A stretch of DNA of 64,000 nt from an uncultured Flavobacteriaceae bacterium (GTDB taxonomy: Bacteria > Bacteroidota > Bacteroidia > Flavobacteriales > Flavobacteriaceae): contig CANLUS010000004.1 in the NCBI GenBank assembly GCA_947494325.1, positions 223,321 to 287,320 on the forward strand. Direction: 5' to 3'. A model generated the notes under the pieces. The model had not been told where the DNA came from. It saw nothing but the letters and a program-made list of their open reading frames with translations, and ran no database searches. The translations under genes and the position numbers were made by a program. Below, in pieces: positions 1-8,550 of this stretch; position 1 is the stretch's first letter; the number at the start of each line of letters is the position of its first letter.

Positions 1-411
1 TAAATAACTTCGAAGTAATTTTAATTTTGCGATCCTTTTTAAATCGATTACATAAAAAATACCGTATTCTTTAGGCTTGTACATATGTACAGAAAAGAAC
101 AATGATCTTGTTCCGAAAAGTTGAAATAATTTCTTTTTGTTATGAAAAATCGTATCCATCTTATGAATACTCTCAGTCAATTCAAAAAAATAATCGTTTT
201 GTTGTAAGTGATTCCATGCCTCACTTTCGCGGATTTTGTCCCAATTATCAACAGGTTTTTGTGTTTCTACGACAAATACTGCATCTTTAGGAATTAAATA
301 AATAGACTGTAGGTTGGCACTTGGCGCTAGATAAAAGAAATACACCATATACCCTAGACAGGCAATAAATACGGCAAACAAGGCAAGTAGTATTTTCTTT
401 TTTACACTCAA
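1..411 (-). CDS. hypothetical membrane-anchored protein (3'-truncated at window edge; TTG start)
   Basis: Hand translation of the minus strand gives an open frame from TTG (409-411, preceded by in-frame TAA) running off the window: LSVKKKILLALFAVFIACLGYMVYFFYLAPSANLQ... with an N-terminal hydrophobic helix. Not in the ORF track (no ATG start, partial). The overlapping + ORF 102..290 is its antisense shadow. Confidence 0.4.
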   Translation of the reverse strand, partial: MSVKKKILLALFAVFIACLGYMVYFFYLAPSANLQSIYLIPKDAVFVVETQKPVDNWDKIRESEAWNHLQQNDYFFELTESIHKMDTIFHNKKKLFQLFGTRSLFFSVHMYKPKEYGIFYVIDLKRIAKLKLLRSYL

Positions 412-463
412 ATCTTAGGTAACTAATACATGTAAAACTACTATTTTTAATAGATAGTATATG

Positions 464-2179
464 TTAAGCAGTCGTATTCGATGATTTTCTTGAAAATTGT
501 TGCAACACAATAGCAAGAAACATTACCAATACGCAACCGATTAAATTTAACCACAAGTACCCAATCATTGGTTTTTCACCAAGTTCTTCCAATCTGAAAA
601 TTGCAAAATAATATACGGCAAATATGGTCAATTGAGTAATTAATGCAGCAATAAATACTGCGTGACTTTTCACTAATTTCACAAAGAAAGCTAATAAAAA
701 GATTCCCAAAACATTGCCATAGAATATAGAGCCAATTATATTTACCAATTGGATTAAATTATCAAACAGGTTGGCCACACAAGCAACGAGTATCGCAATG
801 ATTCCCCAAGCCAATGTGAACAATTTCGAAGCATTTACAAAGTGCTTGTCTGACAATTCTCTTTTCACATTACGCTTATATAAATCGATGGCTGTTGTAG
901 AACCTAAAGCGTTTAATTCAGAGGCGGTTGAAGACATTGCTGCCGATAAAATAACCGCCAACAAGAGCCCGATCAAACCTCTAGGTAAATTATTCAGAAT
1001 AAAATGAATAAACACATAATCCTTATCATTGGTTTCTATATTTTCATCAGCTTTAGCGATAATATTCTTAGCCTCAATTCGAATATTCTTATCTAGAGAC
1101 TCTAATTCCTTTATTCTTTTTGCTCCTAATTCATTCTCAGGATTCTTAGCTTGTTCTAATTGCAAAGTGCTTTTTTCACGTTCAATTTCATCATGAGCAT
1201 TCTGAAGTTGTTGATATTCTTGGGCGTACACAGAATTTTCAACGGTGATTTTAGCATCAGGATTAAAATGCAAAGGCGTTGAATTAAATTGATAAAATAC
1301 AAAAACCATTACCCCTACTAAGAGAATAAAGAACTGCATAGGTACCTTAAGCAGCCCATTAAAAATCAACCCTAATTGCATTTCTTTTATCGATTTACCC
1401 GACAAATAGCGCTGAACTTGACTTTGATCGGTTCCAAAATATGAGAGTGCTAAAAATGTTCCTCCTATAATACCACTCCAAAAAGTGTATCGATTATCTA
1501 AGTCGAATGAAAAATCTAAAATTTCCATTTTGCCACTTGCTCCAGCGATATCCAATGCTTTTGTAAAAGTAATTCCTTCCGGTAATTTATCAAGGATGAT
1601 AAAAAATGCAATAAACATACCCGTAAAAATTACCGCCATTTGATGTTTTTGAGTAATACTCACTGCTTTTGTACCACCCGAAACAGTGTACACAATTACT
1701 AAACTACCGATAATAATGTTGAGAGTAATTAAATCCCACCCGAGCACAGCAGAAAGAATTATTGCCGGTGCAAAAATGGTAATTCCAGCTGCTAAGCCAC
1801 GTTGAATCAGAAATAAAATGGCAGCTAAACTCCTAGTTTTTAAATCAAATCTTGTTTCTAAATATTCGTATGCAGTATATACTTTTAGTCGATGGTAAAT
1901 AGGGATAAATACCATACAAATAACAATCATTGCTATTGGTACACCTATATAAAACTGAACAAAACCCATCCCATCATGAAAAGCTTGCCCTGGAGTAGAT
2001 AAAAATGTAATCGCACTCGCTTGAGTTGCCATTACGGACAATCCTATAGTCCACCATTTAGATTGGTTGCCACCACGAATAAACTCTTGCACATTCTTAC
2101 TCCCTCTAGTTTTCCAAGATCCATAAAGAACAATAAATAGCAATGTACAAATTAAGATAATCCAGTCTAGCTGTTGCAT
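464..2179 (-). CDS. sodium:solute symporter (SSF) family transporter with internal coiled-coil insertion
   Basis: 571 aa; multiple TM helices and SSF-like motifs (GSWKTRGSKNVQEFIRGG, ATQASAITFLSTPGQAF, AAMSSTASELNALGST). An ~80-aa charged heptad-like segment (EYQQLQNAHDEIEREKSTLQLEQAK...KNIRIEAKNIIAKADENIE) is inserted between hydrophobic blocks. Confidence 0.8.
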   Translation of the reverse strand: MQQLDWIILICTLLFIVLYGSWKTRGSKNVQEFIRGGNQSKWWTIGLSVMATQASAITFLSTPGQAFHDGMGFVQFYIGVPIAMIVICMVFIPIYHRLKVYTAYEYLETRFDLKTRSLAAILFLIQRGLAAGITIFAPAIILSAVLGWDLITLNIIIGSLVIVYTVSGGTKAVSITQKHQMAVIFTGMFIAFFIILDKLPEGITFTKALDIAGASGKMEILDFSFDLDNRYTFWSGIIGGTFLALSYFGTDQSQVQRYLSGKSIKEMQLGLIFNGLLKVPMQFFILLVGVMVFVFYQFNSTPLHFNPDAKITVENSVYAQEYQQLQNAHDEIEREKSTLQLEQAKNPENELGAKRIKELESLDKNIRIEAKNIIAKADENIETNDKDYVFIHFILNNLPRGLIGLLLAVILSAAMSSTASELNALGSTTAIDLYKRNVKRELSDKHFVNASKLFTLAWGIIAILVACVANLFDNLIQLVNIIGSIFYGNVLGIFLLAFFVKLVKSHAVFIAALITQLTIFAVYYFAIFRLEELGEKPMIGYLWLNLIGCVLVMFLAIVLQQFSRKSSNTTA

Positions 2180-2297
2180 ATAGAAGTATTAAGAGAAGAT
2201 TCGCATTATGAAATAAAACAAAATTATGTAAACTGCATTCGCCAATAAAACAGTTGTATATGATTTATCCCAAGTGTATTTTTTTTCATTCATAGTA

Positions 2298-4859
2298 TTA
2301 GTTCTTGGACGATACGGTGGTGTTTTTATCTCCAACCGATAACAAATTTGCAAATAATTTATAGGCACCAGGGACTCCAGCTGGTAATTCCCTAAAAAAG
2401 CTCAATCCGGTGTAAATAAAGTTACCTTTTCCGTATTTTGCAATCAATAGACTACCTTTCTTAACAGGTTCCCCTTTGTCATTCATTGCTAACAGGGGAG
2501 TGAATTCTTGAGACCATTCGTTCGGAAAATACAATCCACGCTCTTGTACCCAACCCTCAAAATCCTCTTCAGTTATTCTATTTGGAGAATTCATGACCTC
2601 ATGTTTTTTATCTAGTATGGTCACCGTTGCATTTTCATCAGTCACGCGATCACGAGATAATTTTAAAGGATATGGAGCAACCTGTGCCACTTTTTGCCTT
2701 CTACTTGTATTATACTGTACCAACAGTGTTCCGCCGTTCTCAACATATTTATGCAAAGTAGCTTGGTAAAATTTTGCAGCATCATCGATATTATAGGTTC
2801 TTAACCCTAAAACAATGGCATCGTATTTTCGTAATTTATCCAAGGTAATTTCGGCACCCTTCAACTCTGTTACTTGGTATCCTATCTGTCTTAAACTTGC
2901 CGGAATATTATCTCCTGCCCCTTGAATGTAACCAATATGCTGACCTTTCTTTTTAATATCCAAGCGAACTACCTTAACCTCACTTGGCAATAACACTGTT
3001 TGTGATGGGATATGATCATAATTTATTTCAGCAATTTCTTGAGAATACGATTGATTATTAATATTGAATCTAGGCCTTAGTATGTTTACAACTGTGGCAT
3101 CTTTTGTTGAATTAATTAAAAAAGAAACTGTCTTTTCCTCTCCTTTTTTAGAAAGCGAAAGATCTTTCAACTGAGGACTACTACTCCAACCTTTCGGTAA
3201 CTTAAAATTAACATAACCTTTCACATTATCTTTAAAAGCCTTCACAGTAACACGAACTTCAATGGCCTCCTTAGGTTTAGAAATTATAATTTTAGCATCT
3301 GTTTTTACAGAAACCTCCGGAACAATCTCAAAAGGCTTGTACAATTCCCCCTTATCGGGCTTCGAATATCTGTACACTACGGGTTTCGTAATTGTAATTG
3401 GGAAACCTTGTATCTCCAGAATGAAATCTACAGTCACCCCTCTCGGTGTTTCTGGAATTCCAATCAACTCTTTGTCCGATACGTCATACATCCCTAAAGA
3501 ACCCTTTTTTTGTAACCAATATGGCGTTGTATATTTAAGCTCATTTAGAGTTAAAAATATCGAATCTTTCATTGTTTTCTTGACATTATTCTCGAGAATT
3601 ATGTCTTTGAAAGTAGCACTTTTTTTGGTAGAGATTTTGAAAGATTTTAGGACAATATTCGCATTGCTTCTGTTTAAGGCTTCTAACGAAAGGCTTAATT
3701 TTTCATTTCCCGTAATTTTCGAATCGCTTGCTGATGCTTCCAGATATAAACCTGCACATGCTTCTATAACTTTTAATAGTTCTTTTGATTTAATAGCCTT
3801 CCAATGTTCATCTTTTAATTTTAAGACCAATTGATACGCTTCTACGAGTTTCGGCAAATGACTTGCTGGATCTTTAAAATTAAATTTTGCTTCTAATTCT
3901 TCTAGAATTTTACCAATTGCTGCTCCACCTTTCACGCGTTTCCATGTAGTATCAATGCCATCGAAAATATTTGACTTGTCTTTGGGCAAAGTGCCTTTTA
4001 ATAATTCTACGTATTCCTGTTCAGAACCACGTTGTGTTAAACGCCCAAACCCTTGACATAAATGTTGACTACTTGCGATCGCAGCAACTTCATTATTTGA
4101 CAAGCCTTTTAATGGATAGTAAACTCCCGTATCAAAGTTTAACAAATTACTTTTATCTGATTTTTCAAACTTCTCACGACTTCCATAAAAAAACCAATGA
4201 GTATTAAAAAAAAGTCGAGTTGGTTGCCATAAGTCTGTAGATCCTTTATGCGTCTTATACTTAGTATCATTGGCTAAATCAAAAGCTTCCATACTTAACA
4301 TCGCTGAAGCGGTATGATGTCCATGAGTTCGTCCCGGGGTTCTATGATCAAATCGATTAATGATCACATCCGGCTTAAAATTTCTAATTCTAGAAACTAC
4401 ATCCTTTAAAACTTCATCTTTATTCCAAATAACCAAAGTTTCATCTGGATGTTTCGAATACCCAAAGTCATTTGCTCGTGAAAAAAATTGCTCTCCTCCA
4501 TCTACACTTCTTGCACCCAATAATTCTTGGGTTCTAATAATACCTAATGATTCTCGTATTTCAGGACCAATCAAATTTTGACCACCGTCCCCTCTTGTTA
4601 AAGATAGATAAGCCGTGCGAGCTTTTACTTGATTAGAAAAATATGAAATTAAGCGTGTATTTTCATCATCAGGATGAGCTGCGACATACAAAACAGATCC
4701 TAAAAAATTTAATTTTTGTACAGATTCATATATTTCTGAAGTGCTTTGTTTAACAGGTTGTTGAGCTGAGGAAAATAAGATACAAAAGATAAAAAATAGA
4801 AAAGAAAAAATGGTTTTCATTGGATCATTTAATAGTAGGTAGTCAACAAATCTAAACAT
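2298..4859 (-). CDS. PIG-L/LmbE family deacetylase with large C-terminal extension (signal peptide)
   Basis: 853 aa; N-terminal signal-like hydrophobic segment. LmbE/PIG-L motif block (LYVAAHPDDENTRLISYFSNQVKARTAYLSLTRGDGGQNLIG; HHTASA). The ~550-aa C-terminal region includes a ThuA/class-I GATase-like stretch (YDAIVLGLRTYNIDDA...GGTLLVQYNT). Confidence 0.75.
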   Translation of the reverse strand: MFRFVDYLLLNDPMKTIFSFLFFIFCILFSSAQQPVKQSTSEIYESVQKLNFLGSVLYVAAHPDDENTRLISYFSNQVKARTAYLSLTRGDGGQNLIGPEIRESLGIIRTQELLGARSVDGGEQFFSRANDFGYSKHPDETLVIWNKDEVLKDVVSRIRNFKPDVIINRFDHRTPGRTHGHHTASAMLSMEAFDLANDTKYKTHKGSTDLWQPTRLFFNTHWFFYGSREKFEKSDKSNLLNFDTGVYYPLKGLSNNEVAAIASSQHLCQGFGRLTQRGSEQEYVELLKGTLPKDKSNIFDGIDTTWKRVKGGAAIGKILEELEAKFNFKDPASHLPKLVEAYQLVLKLKDEHWKAIKSKELLKVIEACAGLYLEASASDSKITGNEKLSLSLEALNRSNANIVLKSFKISTKKSATFKDIILENNVKKTMKDSIFLTLNELKYTTPYWLQKKGSLGMYDVSDKELIGIPETPRGVTVDFILEIQGFPITITKPVVYRYSKPDKGELYKPFEIVPEVSVKTDAKIIISKPKEAIEVRVTVKAFKDNVKGYVNFKLPKGWSSSPQLKDLSLSKKGEEKTVSFLINSTKDATVVNILRPRFNINNQSYSQEIAEINYDHIPSQTVLLPSEVKVVRLDIKKKGQHIGYIQGAGDNIPASLRQIGYQVTELKGAEITLDKLRKYDAIVLGLRTYNIDDAAKFYQATLHKYVENGGTLLVQYNTSRRQKVAQVAPYPLKLSRDRVTDENATVTILDKKHEVMNSPNRITEEDFEGWVQERGLYFPNEWSQEFTPLLAMNDKGEPVKKGSLLIAKYGKGNFIYTGLSFFRELPAGVPGAYKLFANLLSVGDKNTTVSSKN

Positions 4860-4992
4860 AAATTTTAGCTTTCGAGAGTAATTATGAAAACCTTAACATT
4901 TGTTATTAAGTTCTTATAATTGTGGGTTATTATTTTTTTGTAGCTTCATTTAAATAAAATATATTTGTATTCCTTTTTAAAAAACATTTTTA

Positions 4993-6111
4993 ATGAAATT
5001 TATTGTTTCTAGTACGCAATTATTAAAGCAACTTCAAATTCTTGGAGGGGTTATAAATAGTAATAACACATTACCTATTTTAGATAATTTTTTATTTGAT
5101 CTAAGTAGTAATCAATTGAAGATTTCGGCTTCTGACCTTGAAACAACCATGAGTACAACAATTTCCGTTGAAGCTGATGAAACAGGTTCGATTGCGGTAC
5201 CAGCAAGACTTTTATTAGATATTTTAAAAACTTTTCCAGAACAGCCATTGACCTTTGTGGTTGAATCGAATAATACCATTGAGATTAGTTCTGATAGCGG
5301 AAAATATGCGTTGGCTTATGCTGATGGTAGTGAGTTTCCCAAAGCCGTTGAGTTAGAATCTCCTAGTTCGACTACTATTGCTGGTGACATTTTAGCTACG
5401 GCAATTACGAAAACAATTTTTGCCTCTGGTAATGATGACCTTAGACCTGTTATGAGTGGTGTTTTCTTTCAGTTTTCAACTGAAAACTTAACTTTTGTTG
5501 CTACAGATGCTCATAAATTGGTAAAATATGTGAGAACAGATGTTTCGGCAAATGAAGTGGCCGAATTTATCATGCCGAAGAAACCATTAACTTTACTTAA
5601 AAGTATTCTGGCTTCTTCTAGTGAAGAAGTTACCATCGAATATAACGAATCGAATGCTAAATTTACTTTTGACAATAGTGTTCTTATTTGTAGACTCATT
5701 GATGGTAAATATCCAAATTACGACGCTGTAATTCCGAAGGAAAATCCAAATAAATTAACCCTAGAAAGAGGTTCGTTTTTAAATGCCGTTCGCAGGGTAT
5801 CTATATTCTCTAGCAAAACTACACATCAGATTAGATTAAAAATGGCAGGTACTGAGTTAAATATTTCTGCCGAAGACATAGATTTTTCAAACAAAGCTGA
5901 TGAACGCTTACAATGCAGCTACGACGGAGATGATATGCAAATAGGATTTAACTCTCGTTTTTTATTAGAAATGCTAAGCAACTTAGGTTCTAGTGAAATT
6001 TTACTCGAAATGTCTTTACCGAACCGAGCGGGTATTCTTACACCTATTGATGGTTTAGAAGAAGGAGAGCATGTTACAATGCTTGTTATGCCAGTAATGT
6101 TGAACAACTAA
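4993..6111 (+). CDS. dnaN: DNA polymerase III beta subunit (sliding clamp)
   Basis: 372 aa; typical DnaN N-terminus MKFIVSSTQLLKQLQILGGVI...LPILDNFLF, three-domain length. No dnaA immediately upstream in window. Confidence 0.93.
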   Translation: MKFIVSSTQLLKQLQILGGVINSNNTLPILDNFLFDLSSNQLKISASDLETTMSTTISVEADETGSIAVPARLLLDILKTFPEQPLTFVVESNNTIEISSDSGKYALAYADGSEFPKAVELESPSSTTIAGDILATAITKTIFASGNDDLRPVMSGVFFQFSTENLTFVATDAHKLVKYVRTDVSANEVAEFIMPKKPLTLLKSILASSSEEVTIEYNESNAKFTFDNSVLICRLIDGKYPNYDAVIPKENPNKLTLERGSFLNAVRRVSIFSSKTTHQIRLKMAGTELNISAEDIDFSNKADERLQCSYDGDDMQIGFNSRFLLEMLSNLGSSEILLEMSLPNRAGILTPIDGLEEGEHVTMLVMPVMLNN

Positions 6112-6397
6112 CTTATTCTCAATTAAATAAAGCCTAATACTTCGTATCGAAATCATTTCTTTGCTCCTAAAGCCATAAATAGATGTGCGCCTAGGACAAT
6201 AAAATGTTTAAAACTCACGTTTTTTTAAATATATTTGCAAAAATTCCTGTTAATAAGTCACTTTATTGTTAATAACTTTTTTTTAACTAAAATGAATAAG
6301 AGGGTAGGAATTCAGCAAAGCTAGTTGTTATATGTGTACGCACACTATGTCAATTTCGATTATAAGTGCGAAAACAATATTGAATAAAAAGGTCTAC

Positions 6398-7090
6398 ATG
6401 ATAAAGAAATTCCTCCCCGGTATCATTTTATTGTTCTCAGCGACTATGTTTGCTCAGACAGATTATTCTAAAATAACTTTTAGCAGTAAAATATATAAAT
6501 ATAAAGAAGGTAAGCCAAAAACAAAAGCATTAGGTGTTAATAAGGAACTCGTAGCAGACATTATAGAGCTGTTGGCCGATACGCTCTACTCTGAAAAAGA
6601 CAAAACGGAAATCATTAATAGAACTTGGCTTGCGTATACAGATCCCAAAACATTCGACTTCGTATATAAAGACTTCGCTATAAAAACCAACAAAAGTTGG
6701 GGACAAGTAAATGCAAATGGCGAAATGATTTTAGAACCAAATCCGTATTTAACCGAATGGACAATCAACGATAGTGAATTTCCGTATTATCAAATTGCAT
6801 TAAATAAAATTCTAGACTATTATAATTTAATATCCTATGCAGATGACGTTTCTGCTGTAAAGCCTTCGTTCAAAGAATTATTAATTACTGAAAATTTAAA
6901 TTTCAAGGAACCACATGAAGATGATTGGGCCTATTCTTACTTAAAGAAAACGAACGATGAATTGGCAAAAAAAGGACTTGTAGCGTTAGTAACAAAAGGA
7001 TATTATGACATCATAGTTTGTAAAATAAAAAATAAAGATAAGTTAACAAGCCTTTTTAAAAAGATTAAATGGGACCTGGTTACACCATGA
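6398..7090 (+). CDS. secreted hypothetical protein, paralog A of tandem pair
   Basis: ORF 6332..7090; most plausible start M at 6398 giving signal peptide MIKKFLPGIILLFSATMFAQ. Shares motifs with the next ORF (DI..LL....YS.....EI....WLA.TDPK.FDFV.KD.AI; LEPNPYL..WT; KIKW..V/IP). Confidence 0.7.
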   Translation: MIKKFLPGIILLFSATMFAQTDYSKITFSSKIYKYKEGKPKTKALGVNKELVADIIELLADTLYSEKDKTEIINRTWLAYTDPKTFDFVYKDFAIKTNKSWGQVNANGEMILEPNPYLTEWTINDSEFPYYQIALNKILDYYNLISYADDVSAVKPSFKELLITENLNFKEPHEDDWAYSYLKKTNDELAKKGLVALVTKGYYDIIVCKIKNKDKLTSLFKKIKWDLVTP

Positions 7091-7178
7091 CTTATGATGA
7101 TTTAAGAGAATTGTATCGAAAAACCGTTTCGAATGGAACGGTTTTTGAATATTCAAACACAATCAAGATCACAACAAA

Positions 7179-7886
7179 ATGAAGAAGACATACTTCTTTT
7201 TATTAATACTAATCATTTCTATTGCTAGCTCGCACGCTCAGCAAGAGAAAACCCCTGATTATACAACGATAAAATTTAGGAGCTACCTTAAAGAGTATAA
7301 AAAGAAAAACCCTTCGTTTGAAGGATTGAAAATAGATAAAGAAATGATTTCTGATATCGTTCGATTGTTAGGTAAATCTTTTTATTCTATAGAGGAACGA
7401 GAAGAAATCACCGAAAAAATATGGCTAGCATTTACAAACCCAAAGAAGTTTGATTTTGTACATAAAGATTATGCAATACGCTCTTTACCTAATTGGAGTA
7501 AACCAAATTTCCAAGGCAAAATAGTATTAGAACCAAATCCTTACTTAAAAGATTGGACAAAAGCGGATACATCATTAGACTATTTCAAAATTGCAATGCA
7601 TCGAATTTTAACACATGAAGGATTAATGGGCTACGGTGAAGATGCTCAAAACACTAGAAAATCTGCAAAAAAGTTGAAATATGCTAAGAAATTTCAATTT
7701 AGACCGGTTTACACTAAAGATTGGACAAATTCTTATTTACAGTCTTTAGTCCCACAAGCCGCTACAAAAGGGAATATTTTAATGGTTACTGATGGCAATT
7801 ATGAATTCATGATTGTTGAATCAAAAAAACAAGAAGAACTATTAGAACTTTTTAAAAGAATGAAATGGCGTTTTATTATCCCATAA
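7179..7886 (+). CDS. secreted hypothetical protein, paralog B of tandem pair
   Basis: 235 aa; signal peptide MKKTYFFLLILIISIASSHAQ. Clear paralogy with 6398..7090 (WLAFTNPKKFDFVHKDYAIR; LEPNPYLKDWT; MKWRFIIP). Confidence 0.75.
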   Translation: MKKTYFFLLILIISIASSHAQQEKTPDYTTIKFRSYLKEYKKKNPSFEGLKIDKEMISDIVRLLGKSFYSIEEREEITEKIWLAFTNPKKFDFVHKDYAIRSLPNWSKPNFQGKIVLEPNPYLKDWTKADTSLDYFKIAMHRILTHEGLMGYGEDAQNTRKSAKKLKYAKKFQFRPVYTKDWTNSYLQSLVPQAATKGNILMVTDGNYEFMIVESKKQEELLELFKRMKWRFIIP

Positions 7887-7960
7887 TACTTATTCACTAA
7901 GATTTAAAAAACAACTTTTTCAAATTATGAAAAAGTTGTTTTTTTTATGCCTATTTTCAC

Positions 7961-8548
7961 ATGATGAATTTCCTAGCGCATATATATCTATCAGATGAAA
8001 ATGAACAGATAAAAATTGGTAATTTTATTGCTGATTCTATAAAAGGTAATAATTATACCCATTTACCTGATGAAATTCAAAAAGGTATTAAATTACATAG
8101 AGAAATTGATCATTTTACAGATACACATAAAATAGTTCGAAAAAGTAAGCGAAGACTTCACGAAAGATATAATCATTATGACGGTGTAATCATCGACATT
8201 TTATATGATCATTATCTCGCTAAGAACTGGCCTTCTTATAGCAACATTCCTTTAAAAGAATATACGCAAAACTTTTACTCCATTCTTCACAAAAATTTTG
8301 ATTTATTACCAGACAACGTCAAAAAAATGATGCCTTACATGATACAAGATGACTGGCTCTATAATTATGGTAACCTAAATGGAATAGAAAAAGTATTGCA
8401 AGGAATGAATAGACGTACGAAACATAAATCTCAGATGCACATGGCTATCGAAGACCTAAAACTACATTACGAAATTTTAAAAGAAGATTTTGAAAGCTTT
8501 TTTCAAGACTTAATCACCTTTACAAATGCCAAACTAAAAGAATTATAA
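7961..8548 (+). CDS. acpH: acyl carrier protein phosphodiesterase
   Basis: 195 aa; N-terminus MNFLAHIYLS...GNFIADSIKGN...HREIDHFTD aligns with E. coli AcpH (MNFLAHLHLA...GNLLADFVRGN...HRRIDVLTD). Confidence 0.8.
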   Translation: MMNFLAHIYLSDENEQIKIGNFIADSIKGNNYTHLPDEIQKGIKLHREIDHFTDTHKIVRKSKRRLHERYNHYDGVIIDILYDHYLAKNWPSYSNIPLKEYTQNFYSILHKNFDLLPDNVKKMMPYMIQDDWLYNYGNLNGIEKVLQGMNRRTKHKSQMHMAIEDLKLHYEILKEDFESFFQDLITFTNAKLKEL

Positions 8549-8550
8549 TT

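Noticed and set aside
102-290. 62-aa + strand ORF at the window start
   Set aside because: It lies antisense inside a longer minus-strand open frame with a TM anchor (1..411) and has odd composition. It is a likely shadow ORF.
3262-4581. ORFs antisense within the PIG-L gene (3262..3834, 3971..4207, 4360..4581), and similar cases in the SDR (18012..18482), pgm (20924..21400) and flotillin (31639..31851) genes
   Set aside because: Low-complexity translations with no motifs, fully contained in confidently called genes on the other strand.
4860-4992. Possible oriC/DnaA boxes upstream of dnaN
   Set aside because: No dnaA gene precedes dnaN here. Only one weak TTATCCACA-like match (TGTGGGTTA, 2 mismatches), so an origin cannot be supported from this window.
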